From the IMG/VR virus record IMGVR_UViG_3300046751_000070, positions 1 to 32,305 of that record: a stretch of DNA of 32,305 nucleotides. One strand, 5' to 3'. The notes beneath the pieces were generated by a model that did not search any database, had not been told where the DNA came from, and worked only from the letters and a program-made list of their open reading frames with translations. Both the position numbers and the translations under genes were made by a program. The first letter of the stretch is position 1. Each line of letters begins with the position of its first letter. Shown here one piece after another: positions 24,307 to 32,305 of this stretch. Origin of the DNA: a virus (Duplodnaviria; Caudoviricetes).

Positions 24307-26040
24307 TTAGTGTGTTTCGAGCCATGATTTGCCGATGTCGTATGACCCACTGGTCGGACAACGGAGACCTAATCGTTCCCCCGCAAGGGTGATTGCTTTG
24401 GCGAAGAGTTTGCCCAACGTCTCTGCGAGTTGTGGTTCGCACGACAGTTGGACTTCATCGTGCACGTTGGCGCAGTAGTGCCACCCAACAGGCCGGTCGT
24501 TCACCACAAGACCTTCGCTGACGCAGAGGTCGTAATGAAAAACTTGTACGGCTTTCTTCATAAGTATCGCCCCGCACGATTGGAGCAAAAAGTTTAACGC
24601 CGAGTGTTCACTCTTGGTCGGTACACGACGCTTATCGACACCCAAGATGTAGCCCTTTTGGGATTTCTTAACGACGATGTCTGAAAGTTTACCGAGACCC
24701 ACGACACCCTCACCGATACGCTTACGTGCCTCTTTGCCCTTGAGTGGACTACCGGCGTCCCGTAAAATTTCGGAAAGTTTGCGGTCGGACGCACCGTAGA
24801 GGTATGCATATGTGAGACGTTTTACGTCATTCCGATTTTCAATTTGTACCAGCTTGCCGGTCATCGAATGGACGTCGGTGCCTTTGTCTTTGTCGCCTAG
24901 TAGTAGCTGATCGCGATACCGACCTTCATCGAACAGGCCCAAGTATGACGCAAGCATTCTCAGTTCGAGCGCGTCTGCGTCGATCCCTACGAGTAGGTGA
25001 CCAACGTCTGGCTTCCAGACCTCACGCATCCGTGGGTCTTTCTTATCGATTTGCCCCATGTTCGGGCCGAAATGTGAGCATCTCGACGTGGTTGTCCCAA
25101 TAGTATTGACCTTGCCGTGGACATAACCACGACGGCTGACACACTTGAGCCACCCGCTGTCACCCTCACTGATCTGAGAGAGTTGCTTTTGGCACCTAAA
25201 GTATCTGCTTAGTGCTTTGGCTTCTGGGTACTTGAGGATCGACAACACGCCTTCATCGATCTGTGGACTACCGGCGGGGGTGAAGACTTTGGGTTTCCAA
25301 TTGTACTTAGCGATCAGGCGTTCAGCGATCTGCTTACGGCTTCCAGGATTAAAGATTTCTATACGATCCTTGAGACGCTTGCCGGTCTTTTCGCTCCACC
25401 TTTCGTGCGTGATGGGCGGGAAGATTTCTTGCAGTTCCGCTTCGATCTCCACCATCTCGCCACGCATCTCCACCGCCAACGCTTGTGCCGCTTCGACGTC
25501 TAGGCGAAACCCGTGTTGCTCTTGCAGATGGATGACCCACGCGAAGTCATGCTCCAATTGAATCGCAGCACCCAGCGTGTAATCAATCAGCGTCTGTAGG
25601 TGCTGATAGACTTTGGTCGTTACGGCGACGTCTTGATCGCAGTACGCCCCCATCTCTGGCGTGAAGCGAGACCAATCGTCGTGGTCTCCCTTTTCGAATC
25701 CCAACTGTTCACCCCACGCCGCGAGGCTGTGACGTCTGCCGGTAGGTTGGACGAGGCGTGAGACAATAAGACTGTCCCAGATCAAGTGGCGATCCATCAC
25801 GTCATCACCGTAGATCATCGCGAGTGCTGGGTAATCGAACCCAATTCCATTGTGAAATACGACACGGTCGGCGGTGCGTAGTCGGGCGAGGCCGTGCGAG
25901 ATCGGTGGGTAGTCAGGGTGATCGGCGTAGCACGTCACCGTGCCATCCAGTGTGCCAATCGAAATGCAATGCACTTTGGTTAGCTGATGGAGTAGTCCAT
26001 CTGTTTCAATGTCGGCAATAAGAATATCCGGTTGATCCAT
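24307..26040 (-). CDS. Family A DNA polymerase (gp5-like); start revised to MDQPD
   Basis: ExoI DIETDGL, ExoII HNGIGFD, ExoIII YCDQDV; motif A DADALELR, motif B KRLTYAYLYG, motif C VHDEVQ; GAGGA RBS. Confidence 0.96.
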   Translation of the reverse strand: MDQPDILIADIETDGLLHQLTKVHCISIGTLDGTVTCYADHPDYPPISHGLARLRTADRVVFHNGIGFDYPALAMIYGDDVMDRHLIWDSLIVSRLVQPTGRRHSLAAWGEQLGFEKGDHDDWSRFTPEMGAYCDQDVAVTTKVYQHLQTLIDYTLGAAIQLEHDFAWVIHLQEQHGFRLDVEAAQALAVEMRGEMVEIEAELQEIFPPITHERWSEKTGKRLKDRIEIFNPGSRKQIAERLIAKYNWKPKVFTPAGSPQIDEGVLSILKYPEAKALSRYFRCQKQLSQISEGDSGWLKCVSRRGYVHGKVNTIGTTTSRCSHFGPNMGQIDKKDPRMREVWKPDVGHLLVGIDADALELRMLASYLGLFDEGRYRDQLLLGDKDKGTDVHSMTGKLVQIENRNDVKRLTYAYLYGASDRKLSEILRDAGSPLKGKEARKRIGEGVVGLGKLSDIVVKKSQKGYILGVDKRRVPTKSEHSALNFLLQSCGAILMKKAVQVFHYDLCVSEGLVVNDRPVGWHYCANVHDEVQLSCEPQLAETLGKLFAKAITLAGERLGLRCPTSGSYDIGKSWLETH

Positions 26041-26044
26041 TTTG

Positions 26045-27655
26045 TTACATGTCCTCAATGTCATCAAAGTTGTCTGGGTTTGCTTCATAGAGAGTTGCTG
26101 TATCGTGGTCGTACACAAGGTGACCCATTGGTCCCGTTATGCCCACGTATCGATTCTTTAAACACGCGACCTTCAGTATGTCTTCACCACCGGAAGCGTC
26201 ACGACTGACAGCGACCACGGTGTCTGCGAGTTGCGCCACCGATTGTGATCCACGCAGGGACGAAAGTGTTGGTTCGGCTCCGTCTTCGAACCCTTTGTCA
26301 CCACCTGATCTGCGTAGGTGGCTGATGAGTATGATCGAACAGCCGTACTGTTCGCTGAACTGACGCAGCTTCGACATTGTGTAGTCGATCTGTTGTCTCT
26401 CGGACCCCGTGTTGCTGACCATAAAGTCTGCGCCACTGAGCAAGATCGACAGGTGATCTAACACCACGAACTTTGCGCCCAACGCGACCACCATGTATCT
26501 CATTTTCGCTAACAGGTGGTCACTGTCTGCCGAGCCAAAATGATCGAACAGCGTCACCAATCCGTGTCCAAGTGACGAGTCAAATGCGTCTTTGCGCTGG
26601 GCCTCGGTCAGATCGTTGGGTAAATGCAGTGGTTTTTTTGCAGCAAGCGACATGAACCGTAGTGCTGTACGGCTGACGCTCTCTTCAAGCGCGATGTATG
26701 CGACAGGTTGCTGTTGATTTACCGCCAGATCGTAGGCCAACTGAGCCGAGATCGTACTTTTGCCAACGCCTGACCCAGCCGTGAGAACCAAGAGTTCACG
26801 GTCACGCAGACCATAAAGTATTTTATTCCAAGTCGGAAACGGATACGGCGCACCCATGTCGATATCTTTGTTAATGTCATCCCAAAGTTCCTTTGCGTTA
26901 ACGACACCGTCAGGTCGTTGGGTTTTCGCTTCGTAGACACACGAAATTAGTTCCTTCACGCGACCAGCGATCAGCATCTCACCAGCATCTTTAAGAGGCG
27001 TGGTGGCGATCTTAGCTTTCCCTGGGGTTATCAGATCGGCACACTTTTGTGCTGCTTCCGCACCCGCTTGGTCGTTGTCGAACATAAAGACCACCTCGTT
27101 GAAACCTTCGAGGAACTCAATGTTTCGGGTGATCGCTTTGGGACTGCTTTGTGCACCACTTGGGATCGACACAACAGGCCATGTTGGGTTCACTTGGTGG
27201 TACGCAAGGCAGTCGATTTCGCCTTCAGTCACGACGATACGCTTGCCGCCTTTGTTGGTCCACAGATGCTGACCGAATAGCTGCACCTCAGTCATGTCGC
27301 CGGTCGTGTAGAACTGCTTGCCAGCCGCTCTGATCTTCTGGCCTACAAGCTGACCGGATTGATCGCGATAAGGTGCTACGTGCACCGGCTTGCCGTTCTG
27401 TTCTGCGATTTGGTAGCTGAATTTTTTGCAAGTCTCTTCACGTATCTTGCGGTTCTTTAGTGCCGAATAGTAACCACTGGTAATCAGGTTGCTCACTGGC
27501 TGTTTCCTTTTTGGGCGTATGGTCTCTCCCTGCGAACTGTATTTCGAACAGGAGAAACAAAAAGTGTGGTCCGTGTAGACACTCAGAGCGTCCGACGAAC
27601 CACACGCACTGCACGGCTGGTGGGTCTCAACCAAGGCCACGTTGCTGCGCCTCAT
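26045..27655 (-). CDS. Primase-helicase (gp4-like); alternative GTG start at 27637
   Basis: Zn finger CSACGSSD..CFSC, TOPRIM TEGEID and FDND, Walker A AGSGVGKS, LDHL, LRGS..AQLAD. Confidence 0.97.
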   Translation of the reverse strand: MRRSNVALVETHQPCSACGSSDALSVYTDHTFCFSCSKYSSQGETIRPKRKQPVSNLITSGYYSALKNRKIREETCKKFSYQIAEQNGKPVHVAPYRDQSGQLVGQKIRAAGKQFYTTGDMTEVQLFGQHLWTNKGGKRIVVTEGEIDCLAYHQVNPTWPVVSIPSGAQSSPKAITRNIEFLEGFNEVVFMFDNDQAGAEAAQKCADLITPGKAKIATTPLKDAGEMLIAGRVKELISCVYEAKTQRPDGVVNAKELWDDINKDIDMGAPYPFPTWNKILYGLRDRELLVLTAGSGVGKSTISAQLAYDLAVNQQQPVAYIALEESVSRTALRFMSLAAKKPLHLPNDLTEAQRKDAFDSSLGHGLVTLFDHFGSADSDHLLAKMRYMVVALGAKFVVLDHLSILLSGADFMVSNTGSERQQIDYTMSKLRQFSEQYGCSIILISHLRRSGGDKGFEDGAEPTLSSLRGSQSVAQLADTVVAVSRDASGGEDILKVACLKNRYVGITGPMGHLVYDHDTATLYEANPDNFDDIEDM

Positions 27656-27863
27656 AGACAGACGCCGAGCGGTTCAGCACGTACTCAACGAACCGCTGAC
27701 CGGTCGGATCGATCTTCCGTTGTCTAATGAAAGAGTACCCAATGACTTCAAGGTCTTTGATCCTTCGAGGCAACGCACGGATGCGGTACATGCTCCGCGC
27801 TTCCATGTCGTTGATCCGATAAGTGATCCGAAAGTGACGTTTTAATGTGTCGATTTGCGACAT
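27627..27863 (-). CDS. Small winged-helix DNA-binding-like protein
   Basis: I..MEA...Y.I..L..RI.DL...GY.F.....D.TG..F.EY.L pattern; AAGGA RBS. Confidence 0.7.
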   Translation of the reverse strand: MSQIDTLKRHFRITYRINDMEARSMYRIRALPRRIKDLEVIGYSFIRQRKIDPTGQRFVEYVLNRSASVYEAQQRGLG

Positions 27864-27865
27864 GT

Positions 27866-28291
27866 TTATCCCTTTGAGTTTGCGTAGTGAATTACGATTG
27901 CTGGTGCCTCATCTGGTTCAGCGTATCGTTTGCTGATTGTCAGACAGTTCACCTGATCGTCATCCCACCAGATTCCAGAATGTGTAGTGAGGCTGTCGAG
28001 TATACCTTTGGCGTAATTATCGACGTCGCCCCGTGGATACGCACGTTTGCCAGTGCGTGGCTTTGGCACCACGGCTTCGACCACCACGTCTATAGGTCCG
28101 CTCATTGGTTCTGCGACGTGGTTCTCTAAAGCCTTTTGCATTTCTAAACGAAAAGCTTGGTAGGTCTTGCCGTAGTAAGTTCCCCAACGAGACACGCGAG
28201 GTCGTGACGCTGGGACCGGAGTGACTGCGAGATGTATTGTCAGCGCAGCCGCTCCGAGGTGACGCACTGCGCTAGATGTCGAACTCGTCAT
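27866..28291 (-). CDS. rusA: RusA-family Holliday junction resolvase (start uncertain)
   Basis: PVPASRPR, GDVDNYAKGILDSL, W.DDDQV, KRYA. Confidence 0.85.
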   Translation of the reverse strand: MTSSTSSAVRHLGAAALTIHLAVTPVPASRPRVSRWGTYYGKTYQAFRLEMQKALENHVAEPMSGPIDVVVEAVVPKPRTGKRAYPRGDVDNYAKGILDSLTTHSGIWWDDDQVNCLTISKRYAEPDEAPAIVIHYANSKG

Positions 28292-28817
28292 CGTCATCGT
28301 CCGAGGACTGTTCGCTTGCAGCGATGTCCGCAAAGTCATCATTGCCAGCGTTACGTTTGTCGCAAAGCATCACATTTCGAAGCTGGCCTGACACACCTTT
28401 GTTGCCACCAGTTTCGTAAGGGTTCAATGCGAATGACGCTCGAACCAGATCGCCTGACATTGGGACCATACCGTCTGGCAGTGGCTTCTTGGTGTCATCA
28501 ATAAATCCTGGCTGGTACTTGGACTTACATGTGATCGTCCAGTGACCGTGGAATTCTTCCTTCTTGTTCTCATCGCCATCTTTGTGCGGCATCCGTAGAA
28601 CTTTAGGTACGCTGCCGAATTCTTTCTCAGCGAGGTCGTTGGAGAACTCTGCCATTTGAGCGATGAAAGTTTCGACCGTTGGGTCACCTTTTTTGAGGCA
28701 CAAGGTAACCTTGTATTTACCGTCAGAATATTGCTGACCCTCGTCAGGAGTGTTTAGCCACGCATAAGCAGCGGTTGCGGGTGGAGATACTACGATTTTG
28801 GTTGGGCGTTTAGCCAT
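28272..28817 (-). CDS. Single-stranded DNA-binding protein (gp2.5-like)
   Basis: YAWL..PD..G.YKV.L, SGD.VR, GVS.QL..V, acidic tail DDDDDEFDI. Confidence 0.9.
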   Translation of the reverse strand: MAKRPTKIVVSPPATAAYAWLNTPDEGQQYSDGKYKVTLCLKKGDPTVETFIAQMAEFSNDLAEKEFGSVPKVLRMPHKDGDENKKEEFHGHWTITCKSKYQPGFIDDTKKPLPDGMVPMSGDLVRASFALNPYETGGNKGVSGQLRNVMLCDKRNAGNDDFADIAASEQSSDDDDDEFDI

Positions 28818-28837
28818 TCGATTGATCCTTTAGATAC

Positions 28838-28873
28838 AAAAAAAAGCCCCCACTGAAATTAATCAGCGAGGGC
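28838..28873 (-). terminator. Intrinsic terminator after the RNAP gene (early terminator position)
   Basis: GCCCTCGCTGA-TTAATT-TCAGTGGGGGC followed by T8. Confidence 0.9.
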
Positions 28874-28980
28874 AAGGTGGCTGCGAAATTGCAGCTAGGG
28901 AGAAAGCCAACCGGATGGGTGTACAGTTGGCAAAAGCCGCCGCTTGGTACAGAGGACACACTTTAAAGTTGACCCACCGA

Positions 28981-31485
28981 TTACGCGAAGAAATACGGGG
29001 CTTCTAGCACCTCTTTGGGGTCGAAAGTTCCCTGCACTGGTGGCTCCGGTAGGTCTGCACCTTGGGCGGTACGTCTGACATAAGGGTGGAACTCATCAGC
29101 AATCCAATCGCCCTTAAAGATGTCGGCGGCGGTGGACCGGATGCTGTTTCTCATCATGTCCACGTTGGACGGATGGACTGCGAATGAATCGTGTATGGCA
29201 CACACGTCCGTAACGCCCTGCACTTTGAGATCGACAATCATCCGGTGCATCAACGCGGCATCCAGCGAGTGAATCACGTTGGGTGACGCTCCGAGTGCTT
29301 GCTTGCGGCTGTTGAGACCACCGAGCGGGTTCTCGTCCCACAAAAAGTATGACCCCATGACGGTCTTGATGTCCGTCTTGCTGACGTTCCAGTACGATTG
29401 CTGGATCGTTGTGCCGGCTGGTGTGCGCCACCGCATCGCCACACCTTTTTCTGCCAGTGCCGTGGCGACTTGCTGGAAGTAATCCATGATCGGTCGGCTG
29501 GCGACCACGGTTTGCTCCAAAGCAATCACCAGTTTGTCCCGTAGGTACGCCGCGTTCTTCAGAAGATCACCGTCCAGCTTGTCCACAAACCCGTCAGAGA
29601 TCAACTGGTCTTGTATGCCTCTTGGGGTGACACCATACGAGGTGGTCATACACGCACGTTTGCATTCAGCGCGGCCCACGTTGCCAACCCAGCGGTGCGC
29701 CTCTTCTGTGCGCTTGCCCATGCGGATGTCTTCAGCGATCAGAGCGTTCACCACGTCGGCGGTCTCACTGTAGATGTCAAACCGTGCGTCTTCCGACGAA
29801 CAATTAGTCAGCTTTGCGCCAACCGGATCGCGTCCAAGCAGTGACATTAACTGAAGCCCGTTGTTCGAGCCGTCTTGGTGTACCGGCAGGGTAGACAGAA
29901 AGGTCTCAGGGTTGTCACAGCCAGTGGCAGCGGTCCACTCCATGCACGTCTGGAGAAACTCAAGTGGACTGTCTGCACTTGCCCAGAACTGAAAGCCGTC
30001 GAAGGGTTGCACTGCGCTGTCCTCAATGAGGTCGTGATGTTCAGCCGCCCAGACCTGCATTTCGTCAAAGGTCACCTTGTCGTTTCCGTAGGTGTTACAC
30101 AGTCGGACAGCCAACCAGTAAAGACCACGCGGACCCAGTGCGACACCATTGGCAAACCGCATGGTCCCACGCGCCAGCCCGTCACCTTGAGGGTTCCAAT
30201 CTGGGGTTGTGTAGTAGAAGCGGCCCCGTGTGTCCATCTTGATCGGGTGGAACAGTTCGAGACCACGGTGGTCGTTGGACAGATGGAACTTGCGGATCGC
30301 ACTCTCACGTTTGCTGACGTCACTGGCGTTCTTTTCGTGCAGCTTGGTCAGATTGTATTTCCACTGCGCCCGTTCCTTTTTGGACATGCGTTCCCACTTA
30401 TCGTCTTCAAGACGGTCGGGCAGTTCGACAGGGTCTGGCTTTGGAAGATACTCAATGATCTCTAGACCCTGATTGTATATCTCCATCGCCACATCCAAGA
30501 TCGGCTCGTCAACACAGTACGGCACAGCACCAAGACTGTTGGCGGCGTCGAGCGTGGTCTGGCTGACAGGATCAGTGAGGCTAGCTGTGTGCTTGTGTAG
30601 ACCACCACGTATGAAGTCCAGTTTGACCATACAGTAGCCACCCTTGTAGCGGCCCAGACGCTCACACCACTTCCACGGTTTGGACGCTATCAGCATTGGT
30701 TTGATCGCGGGGGTGACCACCTCGACACGGCTGTGGATGTCTTCGATCATCGCTTGACACTCGTTTGACAGAAAGACTTGTCGTTGTGTCTTGTTCCGCA
30801 TCTGCACGTATTTCAGAATGAAAAACCCGTTGGTGTGTTCGACGGCTAGCTGCAACAGTTTGGCCCCGATGTGTCCTCTCTGATCGCGAGACCAATCAAG
30901 CGTTTCGATCTCATCGATCTTGCGGGTCCAGTTGCCCCACTGGCGCTGATTGAAATTCTTTGCGCGACTGATCAGCTTGGCTGCAAGGTCGGGACCACCG
31001 GTCTCTTGCGACGTCTTCTTGCTTGTCGCTTGCCACCGTTGGAACTCAATCTGTTGGCGCACTGCCACACCGATTTCCAAAGTGATCGAAGTGGCTGATC
31101 GACCGTGACAAAAGTCACCAGTGCGTATCCCCAAGATCGTCTTAACGGTCATCATCGCCAGCTTCTCGGCACTGATGAACGAGATGTGCCACCACCAGAC
31201 TGCGCGACTACCCTTGCCGCTGTTGACGATCCCTTCGATCGCTGCGTCTTGCGCGTCTTCGATTGCAGGGACTAAGGTTCGCATCATGTCGGCAAAAATC
31301 TTCCGACCGGCGGCAGTCTCTGCCAGCTTCAGTTTGGGGTCCAGAAGCGAATCGCGATACTTCTTTATGCCCTCATCGATGCCAGCCATTTCGTGAATGA
31401 TCTGTATTTCTTCGAGTGTTCCTGCGTTGTCATAAGCTACTGCGCGATCTTCTGGTGTGTCCAAAAGTGTGTCATTTTTTGTCAT
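28981..31485 (-). CDS. T7-like single-subunit DNA-directed RNA polymerase
   Basis: MDTRGRFY, NPQG, motif A QDGSNNGLQ, motif B R...KRACMT.SYG, SPNVIHSLDA, motif C IHDSF, C-terminal YFFA. Confidence 0.98.
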   Translation of the reverse strand: MTKNDTLLDTPEDRAVAYDNAGTLEEIQIIHEMAGIDEGIKKYRDSLLDPKLKLAETAAGRKIFADMMRTLVPAIEDAQDAAIEGIVNSGKGSRAVWWWHISFISAEKLAMMTVKTILGIRTGDFCHGRSATSITLEIGVAVRQQIEFQRWQATSKKTSQETGGPDLAAKLISRAKNFNQRQWGNWTRKIDEIETLDWSRDQRGHIGAKLLQLAVEHTNGFFILKYVQMRNKTQRQVFLSNECQAMIEDIHSRVEVVTPAIKPMLIASKPWKWCERLGRYKGGYCMVKLDFIRGGLHKHTASLTDPVSQTTLDAANSLGAVPYCVDEPILDVAMEIYNQGLEIIEYLPKPDPVELPDRLEDDKWERMSKKERAQWKYNLTKLHEKNASDVSKRESAIRKFHLSNDHRGLELFHPIKMDTRGRFYYTTPDWNPQGDGLARGTMRFANGVALGPRGLYWLAVRLCNTYGNDKVTFDEMQVWAAEHHDLIEDSAVQPFDGFQFWASADSPLEFLQTCMEWTAATGCDNPETFLSTLPVHQDGSNNGLQLMSLLGRDPVGAKLTNCSSEDARFDIYSETADVVNALIAEDIRMGKRTEEAHRWVGNVGRAECKRACMTTSYGVTPRGIQDQLISDGFVDKLDGDLLKNAAYLRDKLVIALEQTVVASRPIMDYFQQVATALAEKGVAMRWRTPAGTTIQQSYWNVSKTDIKTVMGSYFLWDENPLGGLNSRKQALGASPNVIHSLDAALMHRMIVDLKVQGVTDVCAIHDSFAVHPSNVDMMRNSIRSTAADIFKGDWIADEFHPYVRRTAQGADLPEPPVQGTFDPKEVLEAPYFFA

Positions 31486-31726
31486 TCGTTAAGTCCTTGA
31501 ATTCAGTAAGTTATTAATCGAAGCTTACTGTAGCCTGTTGATCGGTATCGATTTTTCTTAGGGTTTCAAGGGACTTTGGATCATCAACCGGTATGGCTTA
31601 TTTATGGCGAACTGTGCGTGTACACAGTGATGATCTTCAGTAGTCCCTTGAAGTCGTTGTCTTTTCGTCATCCTTCTGACGTCATGTCGGGTACAGTAAA
31701 CTCGAAGTGTGTCCGACAGTGCGCCA
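31454..31726. other. Candidate attP region
   Basis: Direct repeats RGTGTGTC(C/A) at 31454, 31466, 31706 and a degenerate copy at 31718; IHF-like sites at 31490-31502 and 31507-31519; central inverted repeats; downstream of the integrase. Confidence 0.55.
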
Positions 31727-31747
31727 AAAAAAAACAGTAATCAAGCG

Positions 31748-31957
31748 TCAGTTTAAAAGTATTTTTCTCAGTGTCCGATAGTGGAGCGACCGTTGGACCC
31801 AAAGCATCACAAGAAGACCGATAGTGACTAGCGGATGAAGGATCACAAAGAACCAGATGTTGATCTCTTCGTAGGTCATGCCGAGTTCTTTACCCATCAC
31901 CACCAGTATCTCTATGCAAAGGTAGAACAGGTCGTTTATCATTTGATCATAAGTCAT
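31748..31957 (-). CDS. Small membrane protein, 69 aa
   Basis: GMTYEEINIWFFVILHPLVTIGLLVMLW hydrophobic segment; overlaps the integrase stop; GGAG RBS. Confidence 0.7.
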   Translation of the reverse strand: MTYDQMINDLFYLCIEILVVMGKELGMTYEEINIWFFVILHPLVTIGLLVMLWVQRSLHYRTLRKILLN

Positions 31958-32305
31958 GCGATTGCTCCAATATGTCTACGGCTTGATCTGCCAGTGCTGA
32001 TGGTGACAGGTGGGCGTACCGTTCTGTCATTGAGGTGTTCGAGTGTCCAAGCAATTTGCTGACACCGTAGAGTGACATCCCGCCTTGTACTAGGCGTGAC
32101 GCAAAGGTGTGACGCAGCGAGTGCGGGGTGAACCTACCGTACCGCTTGATCATCGACGGTGTGTTGAGACCAGCGCGGGTGATGGCGTCACGAATGGACT
32201 TACGGTCACCAGCCATTGGTTCCTTATCGTGCTTCCAAGACGGGAAGACATACGGGTGGTTGCCGTACTGTGCGTGACGTCGCTGTAAGACTTCGCGCAG
32301 ACGTG
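31947..32305 (-). CDS. int: Tyrosine recombinase/integrase, C-terminal part (5' truncated by the window)
   Basis: Frame open to the edge (RLREVLQRR..YVFPS); catalytic HSLRHTFAS, LLGHS and TERYAH motifs. Confidence 0.95.
   Translation of the reverse strand, partial: RLREVLQRRHAQYGNHPYVFPSWKHDKEPMAGDRKSIRDAITRAGLNTPSMIKRYGRFTPHSLRHTFASRLVQGGMSLYGVSKLLGHSNTSMTERYAHLSPSALADQAVDILEQSHDL

Larger units (their letters stand above)
1..32305 (-). mobile_element. Autographiviridae (T7-like) phage genome segment, integrase-encoding (temperate candidate)
   Basis: Single-strand T7-like gene order RNAP-SSB-primase/helicase-PolA-exonuclease-portal-scaffold-capsid-tail A/B-internal virion proteins-tail fibre; tyrosine integrase upstream of RNAP; no host genes seen. 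Confidence 0.97.

Noticed and set aside
31586-31613. dif-like half-site (AGTTCGCCATAA on minus strand)
   Set aside because: Only one imperfect arm, and the phage has its own integrase
31700-31726. tRNA-like 3' end ...GTGCGCCA
   Set aside because: No T-arm (GTTCRA in a 5-bp stem) or cloverleaf; better explained as a degenerate arm repeat
132-32062. Many plus-strand ORFs of 60-196 aa (for example 15660-16250, 29875-30465, 8572-9078)
   Set aside because: Antisense shadows of well-supported minus-strand genes, with no recognisable motifs
1-32305. Repeated T7-style phage promoter consensus, CRISPR array, tRNA genes, introns/inteins, reverse transcriptase
   Set aside because: None could be supported by eye; a promoter motif may exist but needs a MEME search of intergenic regions

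Overview
About 32 kb of a T7-like podovirus (Autographiviridae), probably marine and infecting an alphaproteobacterium (Rhodobacteraceae is inferred, not proven). All credible genes are on the minus strand. In transcription order they are: tyrosine integrase (truncated by the window edge), small membrane protein, candidate attP region, single-subunit RNA polymerase, SSB, RusA-like resolvase, HTH protein, primase-helicase, family A DNA polymerase, 5'-3' exonuclease, DUF3310, MazG-like pyrophosphatase, class II ribonucleotide reductase, small ORFs including a stand-alone NrdR-type zinc ribbon, GNAT, portal, scaffold, capsid, tail tubular A/B, four internal virion proteins and glycine-rich tail fibres. 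The most unusual element is the 828-aa extra internal virion protein (7452-9938). It combines a lysozyme domain with substituted catalytic residues, four SLxPxLRP repeats and a C-terminal colicin M-like DxYD(x5)KR motif, which suggests a possible lipid II-attacking ejection protein. Other candidates are a mini-NrdR with NrdR-box-like sites next to nrdJ, an attP-like architecture overlapping the RNAP start, and structured intergenic RNAs. All assignments come from motif recognition by eye; no searches were run.
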